Notes: generated from the letters alone by a model not told the origin. 64,000 bases of DNA from the human T2T-CHM13v2.0 reference genome, Homo sapiens (GCF_009914755.1 NC_060925.1), one strand, 5' to 3'. Counted from the first letter of the stretch, positions 23,347 through 40,324 are shown. Numbers and translations are program-made.

Positions 23347-23393
23347 TAGAGAAAGAGAGAGAATTCTAAAAGCTAATCTGGTTATGTTCACAG

Positions 23394-23534
23394 GTGTCTG
23401 GGGAAGCCAATGAAACTCAGATTGCAGAAGCACTGAAGCGTTACAGTGAACGGGCATTCTTTGTTCGGGAAGCTCTATTTCATCTTTTTAGTCTGACTCA
23501 TGTGATGGAAAAAACAAAGCCAGAAATTTTAAAG
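23394..23534 (+). CDS. ZYG11B: ZYG11B exon 4 (141 nt)
   Basis: ttcacag|GTG TCT GGG GAA... reads [47 protein letters not shown]; donor AAG|GTAAGA; phase 0/0. Confidence 0.95.
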
Positions 23535-24675
23535 GTAAGAATAAGAAACTGGATATGAAATTTTTGAAATGATCTCCCTGGGCAGATGATTTTTTGAAGA
23601 AAATTGGTGAAAATTTGCATTTAGTCTTTTTTTATTATTTATAATGTGATTGATGACGTGTGATTTCAATCATTAGCTATAAACGAGAGAGAAGATAGTT
23701 GTACAATGTTATTGAAGCTTCACAATAATCTCATTAAGCAATATAAATGTCTTGTAGTACATATTTATCTACCTAAAACCAGTGACTACCATGATATTTT
23801 ATCACCAGCTACTGTAGAAAATGAAAGTATATGACTGGAATCAGGACACTGTATTGTATATTAACCCTATATTGCTTCCCAAATAGATTTTTTAGAAATA
23901 CAATATTGCACCAAATATGGTAGTTCATGCCTGTAATCCTAGCACTTCAGGAGCTGAGACAGATGGGTAGCTTGAGCCCAGGAGTTCGAGACCAGCCTGA
24001 GCAAGATGGCAAAACCCCATTCCTACAAAAAGTATTAAAAAAATAAAAAAAAGAGAGAAGTAAAGACAAAGCAAATATTGAAATTCTATAAGGTACTTTT
24101 CCATGCTGTTTAGAACCTACTATGCATTCTTAACTGATTTACATTACTCCGCAATTAAGTTTTGTTTTGTTTTTAAGACATAGGGTCTTACTGTGTTCCC
24201 CAGGCAAGAGTGCAGTGGCTGTTCACAGGCCTCAAACTCCTGGGCTCAAGCAATCCTGTCTTAACCTCCCAAGTAGCTAGGACTACAGGTGTGTACATCA
24301 CAGCACCTAGCTATTTTAACCAAAACAGCTTTTGAAGGGCAAGAAAGGAGATTTCTTAATTTTATTGAATGCTTTGGGCAACATTTATCAAAATGTGGTC
24401 CTTTGGGCCAGGACGCAGTGGCTCACACCTGTAATAACTTTGGGAGGCTGAGGCAGGTGGGTCACTTGGGGCCAGGAGTTCTAGACCAGCCTGGCCAACA
24501 TGGCGAAACCCCATCTCTACTAAAAATACAAAAAATTAGCCAAATGTGGTGGTGCACGCCAGTAATCCCAGCTACTCAGGAGGCTGAGGCATGAGGAACC
24601 TGGGAGGCCGAGTTTACAGTGAGCCGAGATCGTGCCACTGCACTCCAGCATGAGCAACAGAGCAAGACTCTCTCA

Positions 24676-25038
<363 letters not shown>

Positions 25039-25777
25039 TTAAAAGAGAAAAAAAAAAGATATTTGTAAACCCCACTCCCAAAAATTTAGATTCAGTAGGG
25101 CTAGATGAGGCACAGGAATCTACGTTTTAATAAGCCCCCAAGATAATTCCAAGGTAATTCTTACGCACGTTCAATTTTGAAAACCAATGAGCTTAGGACT
25201 CTATTATATTTGGCACCTCATTTAGTGGGCACAATTCCAAGAGATGGGTTTTATCTTCTGTTTTACAGATAATGAAATTGAGGTTCTGTGACGTTAAGTA
25301 ATAATAAGTCAGTGGCAGAGCCACAACTTGATATCCTACATATCTTAAATTCTGAGAATGAGGCGCTTGGGTAGGAACCAGTAACATTTTAGTCCTTAGG
25401 ATATTATCACCAACACCTGTCACTCCTTTTATATATATCAGAGGATGTTGGCACTTGGTATATGAATTGTCTTTTTTTTTTTGTTTTGATTACTGTGAAC
25501 TGAGCAACAGAAGACTAGATCTCTAGTCTTGATCTGAAATATTCATTCAGACATTCAGAGAATGATTCAGAGATAAATGGAAGAATATAGGCTATTTATT
25601 TATTTATTTATTTGTTTATTTATTGAGGTAGCATCTCACTCTGTCACCCATGCTGGAGTGCAGTGGCATGATCATGGCTCACTGCAGCCTCGACCTCCCT
25701 CCTGGGCTCAAATGATCCCCCTTCCTCAGCCTCCAGAGTGGCTGGAACTACAAGCTAATAACACCATGCCTGGCTGA

Positions 25778-25993
<216 letters not shown>

Positions 25994-26459
25994 TAGTTCA
26001 CTGCAACTGCAACCTCAAACTCTTGAGCTCAGCAATCTTCTGCCTCAACCTCTCGAATGGCTGGGAGTATAGGTGTGTGCCATCACACCTGGCTAATTTT
26101 TCAAATTTTTAAAAATAAATTTATTTATTTATTTTTGAGACAGTGCCTCACTCTGTCACCCAGGCTGAAGTGCAGTAGTATGATCATAGCTCACTGTAAC
26201 CTCAAACTCCAGGGCTCGAGCAATCCTCCTGCCTAAGCCTCCTGAGTAGCTAGGACTACAGGCCCATGCAACCACACCGGGCTAATTTTGTAGAGACGGG
26301 GGTCACACTATGTTACACAGGCTAATTTTAAAAAAATTTTTTGTAGAGGCAGGTTCTTGCTGTGTTGCCCAGGCTAGTCTCGAATTCCTGACCTCAAGTG
26401 ATCCTCCTGCCTTGAGCTCCCAAAGTCCTGTAATTACAGGCATGAGCCACTGCACCTAG

Positions 26460-26780
<321 letters not shown>

Positions 26781-27329
26781 TAGGGAATTTTGCTGCAAAG
26801 GGGAGCAAAGAAAAAAGATGGTAATCGTTTGAGGAAGTGAGATTAAAAGAGGGATGTTTTGATTTTTTTTAATAGGAAAAATATATCTTGTTTGTATCCT
26901 GATATGAATGATCCAGTACAGAATAAAAAATTGATATAGGAGTAGGAGGGGTGAACAGCTTCCTTTCAGTAGACAAGAAAATAATTATCTAACATATACA
27001 TGAAGGGATTTGTTTTACAAAGGACCCCAAAAGATTCCTTATGGTAGCAGGCAGGAAGGTGACATGTATATGTACGTATGCTGGTAAGTAGGATACATGT
27101 GGTAATGAGAATCTGAAGTTCTTTTCTGGTTGCTTCAGTTTTCTTTCTTTCTTTTTTTTTTTTTTTTTCTCTTTTCCTTAGAGGCAGGGTCTCACTCTGT
27201 CCCCCAGGCAGAAGTGCAGTGGCACAACCATGGCTCACTACAGGCTCTGCCTCCCAGGGCTCAGGTGATCCTCCCACCTCAGCCTCCCAAGTAGATGGGA
27301 CTATAGGCGTGTACTACCATGCCCAGCTT

Positions 27330-27552
27330 TATATATATATATATATACACACACACGTATATGTATACATACGTGTGTATATGTACATACACGTGTGTGT
27401 GTATGTACATACACGTGTGTGTATATGTACATACACGTGTGTGTATATACATCTATACATATATGTGTATATACATCTATACATATATGTATATATACAC
27501 ATACACACATATACACACACACACACATATATATATATAGAGAGAGAGAGAG
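27330..27552. repeat. Compound (TA)/(CA)/(TG)/(GA) microsatellite between nested Alus
   Basis: Directly visible. Confidence 0.92.
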
Positions 27553-27583
27553 ATGGAGTTTCACCGTTGTCATCCAGGCTTGA

Positions 27584-27769
<186 letters not shown>

Positions 27770-28384
27770 TGATCCACCTGCCTTGGCCTCCCAGAGTGCT
27801 GGGATTACAGGCATGAGCCACCATGCCTGGCCCCCAGTGAATTTTTGTATTGTTTTATACAGATGGGGTTTCACCATGTTGCCCAGGCTGGCAGTTTTCT
27901 TAGTGTAGTTGAAAGCAAGATCTTCAGCTGATAGTGAGGAATGGGAAGGATTCGTTGGGGGTTTGAGGGCAGAGGAAAAAGTGAGAAATAGTTGTCTAGG
28001 CCAGGGAAAGTGAATGGATTTTATTGCACTTTAACCTCAGCAGTGTTCTCAAGGAACTGAAGATTGAAATTTGAGAGTGGAATGTGCTCTATTCAAGTCA
28101 GTGAGAATTTATTCACTGCCTTCCATATAACAGGCACCATAAGTAGGTCTTGGAAATACAAAGATGAGTGACCTGTGTGAAAAAGATTCATTAACTTTAC
28201 AGAAAACCCCTAGATATGAATAGCTGAATACCTGCCTTGGTGAGGTAGACTGGAACTATTTGTGAGTAACTGCTATATCCTAGGCTCTTTGCACATGAGG
28301 ATGAAAAAGAAAATTATGACATCTTTGAAATTACTATAGACCAACAAAATAATTCTGCTCTGTGAAGAGGGCTTGTATTTATAA

Positions 28385-28621
<237 letters not shown>

Positions 28622-28990
28622 TAGTCCTTGTAGTGTCTTCTACTCATCTCCTACAGTTCAGTTTAATAGACCAAGGCTGGAAATTCAAATGCCTTTGGAG
28701 GCTGTGGTATGACTGAGTGTAAGAAAACAGAGAAGTGGACACCAAAGGAGTATATTCCGTGCCTAAAAGCACCTAAATCCATATATTGGGGGACATAATA
28801 CAAGCCATACAAAACTCATCTTCCTCCTAGATCTTGAGTTTGTGATCATTTCAGCAGATAGGCACAGAGGATCTGTTCTGGGCTAGGCACTATCAAATGC
28901 TGGGATACATAAATGATTAAGACATGTCTTTTCCATTTCTAGCAGTATGGTAGAAGATGTAACCTGTCTTATACTCAGGATGAATACTAA

Positions 28991-29232
<242 letters not shown>

Positions 29233-29979
29233 TGATCCGCCCACCTTAACTTCTGAAAATGCTGGGATTACAGCCACCTCACCCGGCCCTTAACTTTTTT
29301 TTAGGTCATTTGAAATTGACCATTGAGTTGGCAAGTTAGTAAAAAATACTCAGAGGCTCAAAACCAAGTAAAAATGGCAAGCCACATTGGTGAGTAGATC
29401 ATTGAAGCCAGCTTCCCTCATTGAGGGCAGTTGCCAAACTAGATGAAATTTAGGCTTTGATTTTCGTGGCCTCTGGAAGCCCGTCAGACAGAAGACTCCT
29501 AGCATAAACTATGACTTCCTCCCCAGAGATACATTCTTACAAAAAGGGAGCTATAAATAAGTCTGCCTATGTTAGAGAAACAACAAAAGAATAAGCCCAA
29601 AGAAAGTAGAAGGAAGGAATAACAAAGATGAAAGTAAAAATTAATAAAATAAAAAACATACCATTATTTTAGAGAGGATCAATAATTCCAAGAATTGGTT
29701 CTTTGAACATATTTAATAGTATTGAAAATTCACTGGCAAAGTTGATCAGGGAAAAATGAGAAAGGATGCATATAAAATAAATAAGGTTAGGAAATGGGGT
29801 GGGGGAAATGGGAAGTCACTGTAATGGTTATAGAGTTTCCTTCTGGGGTGATGGAAATGTTTGGGATGATGAAATTGTGATGGTTGCACAACTCTGTGAC
29901 TCTACTAAAATCCATCAAATTGTACACTTTAAGTAGGTGAATCGTATGGTACATGAACTGTATCTCAATAAAGTCGTTA

Positions 29980-30177
<198 letters not shown>

Positions 30178-30255
30178 CTACTCAGGAGCCTAAAGAGTAC
30201 ATGCCTAAAAGCATTTAAATCCATATGTTGAGGAATTGTTAGAGCCAGGCACTCA

Positions 30256-30647
<392 letters not shown>

Positions 30648-31114
30648 TCACAGTAGCACTGTGTAACTGTGTATAATGATAACATATTGGAAACACCAAA
30701 CACCAAATGTCCATCAGCCTGTGTTTAGTCACACATCGGAATACTTAGAAGCAGTGAATGATGAATGAATTACAATTCCAGATGACAACCTTGATCAATC
30801 TCAATTACAAATTGGGTATTTTAAAAAATGCAGAAGAGTACATACATGTGATTCAATTTACTTACAGTTCAGAAACTTGCAAAACTATACGACACATTAT
30901 TTAGGAATATAAATACATGTTTTGATAAAAAGCAAGGGACTGTTAAACACAAAATTTAGCTATTAGTTCCTCTGAGGGGAAATGAGAGGGAAAAGAGGGG
31001 GCCAAATGGGGCTTGCTAATAGTACTATTGGTAATAGATTCTTTTTCTGAAACTGAGTGGTAGGTACACCTACACAGCAGTAGTATTCACTGTATTATTA
31101 TTCCTTACACTTTT

Positions 31115-31263
31115 GCTACTCAAAGTGTGTTCTGCTAACCAGCTGCGCTGGCATCCCCTGCAAGCTTGTTAGTAAGGCAGAATCTCAAGATAACAGACTT
31201 ACAGAATCATCTATATCAAGACTCCAAGTGATTTGTATACACATTAAAGTTTGAGAAGCACTG
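31115..31263. mobile_element. MER5A-like DNA transposon
   Basis: CTACTCAAAGTGTG..GCTTGTTAG..GCAGAATCTCA..TAAAGTTTGAGAAGCACTG. Confidence 0.65.
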
Positions 31264-33542
31264 TCTTATGCCTACATATATTTTGTAAATATTTTTCTGT
31301 ATTTCTTATTTAGTAAAAACATTTAAAAACAACTCAATTAAAAAAAAAAACCCTGGGAATTCACCTATTAGTTGGAAATGCAAATACTGTAAACTATTTT
31401 GAAATTTTTTTAGCTATTTTAACTAAGTGCTACAGAAAGTTGAGAATGATTAATTCTGCTGGCTGGATTGGTGTATAGACAAAGGTACCAGGCAGGATTT
31501 CAAAGGGGAAGTGACATTGACTCACATCTTAAAAAATGAATAAGATTTCCCATGGAGAAAAGCAGAAAAACAGTGGACCTATGCCTACATATATTTTGTA
31601 AATATATATGTGAATGTGCAGGCATTCCAGGAAGGGCAGGTTGCATGTGACTGGAGTGTAGGAAGGGCAGTGTAGGATGAGGCCAGTGATATCCAGGTTA
31701 GGGCCAGATTTGATGAATGCCAGCATAGGAAAGTTTGATTCCACATTGAATTCCTTAAAAAAAAAATTTAAAGAAAATTCCTAAATACTTGCATAGTTCA
31801 GACTGTAGCCCCCAAAATCAAAACTCTAGCTGGGCGGAAATTGAAGACTACAGCAAAAGTCTTTCTCTTTTCCATTTCTACCTGTGGTGCTTTTCAAATG
31901 CAGTAAGGCATAGATTCAGTGAAATTTATCTTCTGTTATTAAGTTAGCCATTAGTTCAGTTAAGCTTAGCAGCTCTTTGTTGAAGTCAGACTATGTGCAC
32001 CTGTGCCAAGTTCTAAGCATTCAGATACAGAAACACATAATGTAGCATGGTGTAGCAAGTACTAAGAGAAACAAGTGCTGTTGGGAGCCCAGGAGGAGCA
32101 CTTAGGACAATTTGAAAATTAGAGGCTGTGCACTGTGGCTTGCCTTTAATCCCAGCACTTTGGGAGGCTGAAGCAGGAGGATCACTTGAGTGCCAGGAGT
32201 TTGAGGCTGCAGTGAGCTATGATTGTGCCGCTGCATTCCAGCCTGGGTGACAGAGCGAGACCCTGTCTCAAAAACAAACAAACAAACAAAAACTAAGAAG
32301 TCTTCCTCAATGAGGTAATATCTTTGCCCTGAGTTGAATTGTGAAGGAAAATTAGGAGTTTTCCAGCTAAAGGAACAGGAGGGATGGGCTTTCTAAGTGG
32401 AGGTAATTAGAATAGCATTATTGCCTTTCTTACTTCTATGGATCCTGTACAAATTATCGTGTTTATTTGGGAGGAGAAAAATGGTGAAGGAGGAAAGTTA
32501 TGCCACTAATCAATCTGCCAGATTATGATTCAGATTTAAATGGATCCTCAAGCAGTGTCTGTCCTAGCACCTTGACCATCTGTGATGAATATAAAACTTC
32601 CTGAGAAACCCTCTTAATTAATTACACTTGTACCTAACCCATTCCATATCATTCACCTGGGATTCACTACCACTTTGCCTTTTCTCTGCCATTTCTTCTA
32701 TTATGTAATCTTTCTGCATCTTCCATGAAGCAAATAGGGTGTTCATTTTATATCTGTTTTTCTATTTCTTGACTAGCTGTATATATCCCATTAACTGACT
32801 TTTGCCTTCTATGATTGAATTCCCTATATTAAGTCTTTTTAGATAAGAAATCTTCCAATCGTACACAAAAACCTTTAAAAAATATTAAAGCCATTTGTCC
32901 AAATAAAAAAATTTTAGTAGTATATACACTGTGACTTTTTTTTAAGCCCACACTTATTTTCTTATTTTGCTTCACAGGAATAACTTGAATCACCTTTCTA
33001 TTATGATGGTGCACCTTGACTGTGTCAATTAATTATTCATATTTTCATTTACTCTTGTTTAATTGTGCTGGTCTAAACTTTATTTAAAAGATAGAGCCAA
33101 GTCTGTCAGTCACTCTTTAGAGGCCAGTGTGTAGAACACTACCCACCGTGTACTCTATGTTAGAGTCTTCCAAGCAGGCTCGTCTATATTTGATGCTATG
33201 TCAACAGGTAAAACTTTCAACCACTGTTTTTGTCATGCTCTCTATCTCAAAAAATACAGAAGACAAGGTTACTTCATAGGCCACCAGAAAGGAGATTAGC
33301 TGTAATTATCCTATTTATGGCCCTATTTCTCATCTAATGGAAAATAAAAAAAAGGTACAAGTAAACTTGTATGGGTCTCCTGGAACTCAGCCTTTCAATA
33401 CTAGGGGGGCAGATAAAGATTGTAAGAAATAACTGGTGTTTCATCAGTCTTCTTCTTTTTTTTTTTTTATGGAAGCTACCATGGTTAAAATATAACAAAG
33501 TGATATTTTATTTAGGATTTTTTTCTTCCTTTGATTCTTTAG

Positions 33543-33607
33543 TTACAGAAGAATTGCCTCCTTTCACTTTGCAGTGACCGGATCCTTCAAGATGTTCCAT
33601 TTAACAG
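33543..33607 (+). CDS. ZYG11B: ZYG11B exon 6 (65 nt), ends at a GC donor
   Basis: ttctttag|TTA CAG; reads LQKNCLLSLCSDRILQDVPFN-R; donor CAG|GCAAGT; phase 2 matches exon 7. Confidence 0.93.
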
Positions 33608-34098
33608 GCAAGTGATAGCTCTAGAACTTAAAGTGGGGCAAAACAGAATGTTAGAAATCTGTCTTGGGTCATTTCTTACCATTTAGGATATCCCTTTTAT
33701 AAGATTAATTGAATAGATAGAATTGTGGGTTATTTTATAGAATGCTAAATCTACTTTCTTTAATTTAGTGGCTTTGACATTCATGATAGCAAATTGACCC
33801 ATGTTTTCATAGTCCTTTGCTTAGGAATTTATGTTGGTTATAGTTTTCAAGATATCCACATGATATTGTAAGCTATGAACATTATTATCCCCATTCAAAA
33901 GATAAAAAAACTAAGGCATATATAGAGATTCATTGTCTTGACTATGGCTTTGTGTCTAATAACTGCAAGATTAGTAAGATGCAGGTTTGGCCAGGCACAG
34001 TGGCTCATGCCTATAATCCCAGCGCTTTAGGAGGCCAAAGCGGGAGGATCCCCATGTCAGGAGTTCGAGACCAGCCTGGTGAAACCCTGTCTCTACTA

Positions 34099-34344
<246 letters not shown>

Positions 34345-34927
34345 TTATTATTATCATTATTTGGTATTGAATTATGGAAGAAACTTTTTAAGGAGAGGTT
34401 AAGGGAGGCCATATAACTAGATTCCATTAAATATAAAGGGGTCCTTTGTTTTCTAAGATGTAATTTTGGAGCTTAAATTTTTTTTTTATTTTACTATTTT
34501 AAGATATAATTTTTCTTTTTCTTTTTTTTGAGAAAGGGTCTCACTCTGTCACCCAGGCTGGAGTGCAGTGGTGCAATCTCAGCTCACTGCAACCTCCTCC
34601 TCCTGAGTTTAAGTGATTCTCCTACCTGAGCTAACTGAGTAGCTGGGATTACAGGCATGTGCCACCACGCTGGGCTAATTTTTGTATTTTTTGGTACAGA
34701 CAGGGTTTCACCACGTTGGCCATGCAGGTCTCAAACTCCTGACCTCAAGTAATCCACCCACCTCAGCCTCCCAAAGTGCTGGGATTACAGGCGTGAGCCA
34801 CCATGCCCAGTCTTAAAATATAATTTTTTAACAATGGCATTTTGAAAAGGAAACTTATACTTCATTATTTAATGAAAAGTATGTTTCTCCAGCAGCAATT
34901 TTTTATTTTATTTTATTTTTTTTTTGA

Positions 34928-35302
<375 letters not shown>

Positions 35303-35459
35303 TGAAATAAACAATTTGGATAAAAATATAACTACGTATATCTCATGTAGATTGCTAATTTTATTTTGGGAATATTGAACCTCTGTGCTCATCATCGTAA
35401 CAAAGTCTAAGGTAGGAAAGACATAGTCACTCTCCTAAAGATTATATTCTACTCCTTAA

Positions 35460-35650
35460 TATTTTCTTAATGGGCTAGATTAGAAATACTCTAGGCCTAT
35501 GGGCTATAGAGTCTCAGTTGCAGCTATTTAACTCTGCCATTGTCCCTCAAAAGCAGCCATAGGTAATATGTAAGCAAATGGATATGGCTGTGTTCCAACA
35601 GAACTTTACAAAACAGGCAGCCAGATCCACAGGCTATGTAGTTTGCTTTC
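35460..35650. mobile_element. MER58A-like DNA transposon
   Basis: AACTCTGCCATTGT..AAAGCAGCCATAG..ATGGCTGTGTTCCAA. Confidence 0.65.
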
Positions 35651-35939
35651 CTCTCATCTAGCCAATGCACTCTGCTAGAATTGACCTTCTTTGTGGTCAG
35701 AGGCTATGACTGATTCATCTCTTTGTCTCTAGTGCTTGGGTGGATATTTAGTGGATTGATTGATGGATGAATGAATGAATGAATGAATGAATATTACATG
35801 AGACAGAATTTTTCATAGAAGAGGTGTTAATGAAATGCATTGTGCCCCCACACAAGGAAGGAAAGATTCTGTCTGACTGATGATCATTAAGGATTTCCTG
35901 TTAGTTATGGCACTTGAGATAAAAACGGTAAAAACTAGC

Positions 35940-36180
35940 ATGTATGAAGCACTTACTACTGCCAGGCAGACATTGTGCTAAAGTGTTTTATGTAAGCTTA
36001 TTCAGTCCTCAGAACAATCCTGTGAAATTATTACTCTTATGATCTTCATTTTACAGATGAGGAAATAGAGACACAGAAAGGATTAGTAACTTGCCCAAGG
36101 TAATAAGATAGTAAGTAGCAGAGTCTAGATTTAAATTCAGTCTGACTCCAGGGCCTCCATTTTTTCATCCATGCTATGTT
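35940..36180 (-). mobile_element. MIR element (one of several; others near 1830-2050, 7970-8140, 14325-14480)
   Basis: MIR core TTTTACAGATGAGGAAA..GAG..AGTAACTTGCCCAAGG. Confidence 0.75.
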
Positions 36181-36399
36181 GTTTTGAAGATGAGAGCTGT
36201 TTGAATTGTTTTATGTTGTTGAAACTGCATGAATAAAGGCACAGAGAAAGTCAATTATATTAGTAAAAATTAACTTTTATAAAGAACTTATTTTGTGCCA
36301 AATTCTGTACTAAGTCTTAAGCTTCTATGTGATATCATTTAATCCTCATGACAACCCTATGGAATAGGTTTTTATTTTATTTATTTATTTATTTATTGA

Positions 36400-36504
<105 letters not shown>

Positions 36505-36705
36505 TGAGTAGCTGTGACTACAGATGTGCGCCGCTACGCAAGGCTAATTTTGTATTTTTAGTAGAGGCGGGGTTTCACCATGTTGGCCAGGCTGGTCTCA
36601 AACTCCTGACCTCAGGTGATCTGCCTGCCTTGGCCTCCCAAAGTGCTGGGATTACAGGTGTGAGCCAGCACACCCAGCCTGGAATAAGTTTTTGTTACTA
36701 TTTTA

Positions 36706-36900
<195 letters not shown>

Positions 36901-37335
36901 TTAGCCAGGTGTGGTGGCGGCTCCTAGCTACTTAGGAGGCTGAGGCAGGAGAATCCTGGAGGCAGAGGTTGAGGGAGCCAAAATTGTGCCACTGCACCCC
37001 AGCTTGGGCAACAAGAGTGAAACTCCGTCTCAAAAACAAAAAGTTAATAAGTGGTGGAGGTGATATTGGAATCCAAGCTGACTCCAAAGTGTATGATGTT
37101 CTTAACAACTTGACTGCATTGCCTCACGATAAAATAATTTATTTTATTGTTATCATTAACATTAAGTAGAACTAGAATTCAGACCCAGAACTGACTTGAG
37201 AATCTCTACACTTTACCACTAGCCTGTGTTACCTCATACTTGTGGGCATGTGTGAAGACTAATGAACAATCTGCTTTGCAGAAAGCATAGGGTAGGCAGG
37301 AAGAAGCTTGATATGGCCCCACGCTAAAGTCCTAG

Positions 37336-37794
<459 letters not shown>

Positions 37795-38269
37795 TGAGCC
37801 ACTGCTCCTGGCCAGAGGTTTATTTCTAATGTGCAGGCACACATTGATTGGAAACTAGTGGAGACAGGGAAGCCAATTAGGAATATATTGTAGAAGAATG
37901 CAAGTAGTGGGCCTAATCAGAAATGGCCTTGGAAACAGAAAGAAGGTAATAGTAAATTTAAGAGAAGTTCTACAGTAGTAATCTACCTGAAAATAATCAT
38001 TCAGTCAACATATATTAAACATTATTTATGTTTCGATCACTGTATTGAGTGCGTGCGTGGCATAAAGGGCTAAATAGGATATATAGTCCCCGCCCTCAAG
38101 GAGCTCACAGGCCAAATGGGGATTCAAGTGAGTGTGCAGATGACTGTGGATCTCTGACAGCTATACCTAAAGTACTAAGGAGCTAAGAAGGCAGTGATCA
38201 ATGTGTCAAAGAAACCACCTCAAAGGCAGTGATATTTGATCTGAGTCTTAAGGATGAAACTGTGGGTAA

Positions 38270-39475
38270 GATAATCAGATGTATTCCTTGACCTCATCTT
38301 GATTTTTCTCCTTGTATCCCACATTGAGTTCTTTGGCAAATCCAGCTCTATCTTCAAAATTTATCCAGAATTCATCCATTTCTCTTCACTTCCATTTCTA
38401 TCACGTGGAGTAGACTAAAAGTGATTTCTCTCCTGAATTACTGCAGTAGCCTCAGAACTGCTCTCCTGCTTCTGTCCTTGCCCTCCTGGAGTTGATTCTA
38501 AACACAGATGATCGAGTAGTCCTGCTCATGTCATATTCCTGCTCAGAAGCCTTCTATGGCTTTCCCTCTCATTCAGAGTAAAAGCTAGTTCCTTAATGAT
38601 ATGGTTTGGCCCTGTGACGCCACCCAAATCTCATGTTAAATTGTAATCACCAGTGCTGGAGGTGGGGCCTGGTGGGAGGTGATTGGATCATGGGGGTGTT
38701 TTCTAATGGTTTAGCACCATCCCCCGAGTGCTGTCTTGTGATAGAGTTCTCCCGAGATCTGGTCGTTTAAAAGTGTGTAGCACCTCCGGCTTTGCCCTTC
38801 CATCTCCTTCACCCATGTAGGATGTGCCAGTCTCGCCTTCCACCATGATTGCAAGTTTCCTGAGGCCTTCCCAGTGGTGCTTCCTTACAGCCTGTGGAAC
38901 CATGAGCCAATTAAACCTTTTTTCTTTATAAATTACCCGGTCTCAGGTAGTTATTTATAGCAATGCAAGAATGGACTAATAACTAGACTCCATGTGATCT
39001 GGTGCCTCTGTTACCTCTCACTTTATCTCTCAGAACTCTTCCCTTGTTCTCTCTGCTCTGGCCTCACTGACCTCCATGCTATTTGTTGACATTTCTATGC
39101 CCATACCCACTTCAGGGCTGTTGTATTTCTCCTCCCCTCTGCCTGGAATGCTTGTCCCCTAAATGCCCATATGGTTCTTTCTTACTTCCTCAAAAGTTTC
39201 AATGAGGCCTTCCGTAGCCACCCTACATAAAATTTCAACATTTCATATCCTCTTTTCCTGCTTTATTTTTTTCCGTAGCATATGGTCAGTACCTAATCAT
39301 ACTATATATTTTACGTATTTATCTGATTTATTACCTGTCTTCCTCACTAGAATGTAAGCTCTATGAAAGTAGGGACATTTTTCTGTTTTGTTCACTATTC
39401 TATCTCCAGCACTAAGAACAATATCTGGCACAAAGCAAGAGTTTAATATATGTTTGTGAATGAATGAATGAATGT
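38270..39475 (+). mobile_element. L2 3' fragment interrupted by an MST LTR
   Basis: TCTGCCTGGAATGC, CTAGAATGTAAGCTCTATGA and a (GAAT)n terminus. Confidence 0.75.
38597..38981 (+). mobile_element. MSTA-like MaLR solo LTR
   Basis: TGATATGGTTTGG..CCCAAATCTCATGTT..GTGATTGGATCATGGGGG..CCAATTAAACC..AAATTACCC..GGACTAATA. Confidence 0.85.
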
Positions 39476-39811
39476 TTCTGTTGTGTTAGGTGCTATGAGG
39501 AACCCAAAAAATACTTAAATTACAACTATAATATGGAAATCACTATAATTTAGAAATACAGAATAGAAATATGTTATAATTCTAGAAGATGAAATGCCAA
39601 ATAGTTGGAATGATATTTTCCAAACCCTTCTTTCTTTATGAAATGTTGTCAGAATTAATATTATGGCATCATCTCTAAAACACTAAGTGTAATTGTTACT
39701 CTCTACCAGTTAAGAGGAATTTTCCCTTGCCTTTTCATATATTTAAGTTGTAGCATCAGTTCCTAGCTGGAACTCTGAAATTGTGCCTGGGCCTCCACGA
39801 TTAATTCATGA

Positions 39812-39961
<150 letters not shown>

Positions 39962-40273
39962 TAGACAGCTGTTTCTCACTACATTTACTGTTTCCCCCCA
40001 AAAGCTGTGTGCCAGAAACATTAGTAAATCTCTCTGCCAGCCTGCTTATTCAAGCTACATTCGATATTGCAGAATTTGGCTGGGCACAGTGATTCACACC
40101 CATAATCCCAGCACTTTGGGAGGCCGAGGCAGGCCTCCCAAAAACCGATATGCAGCAGAATTCCAAGTTGATCAGAGATTTTAGTCTCACCTTTGGAGTG
40201 AGGTACAGTGAATGATATTAAACTCACATTAATGAGTTCTTGGACATTGAATTTGTTTTTTACTTGCTTGCAG

Positions 40274-40324
40274 CTTTCTACAGAACAAACTGCACAGCTT
40301 GGTACTGAGCTCTTCATTGTCAGG
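40274..40324 (+). CDS. ZYG11B: ZYG11B exon 8 (51 nt)
   Basis: ttgcag|CTT; reads LSTEQTAQLGTELFIVR; donor AGG|GTAAGT. Confidence 0.94.
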
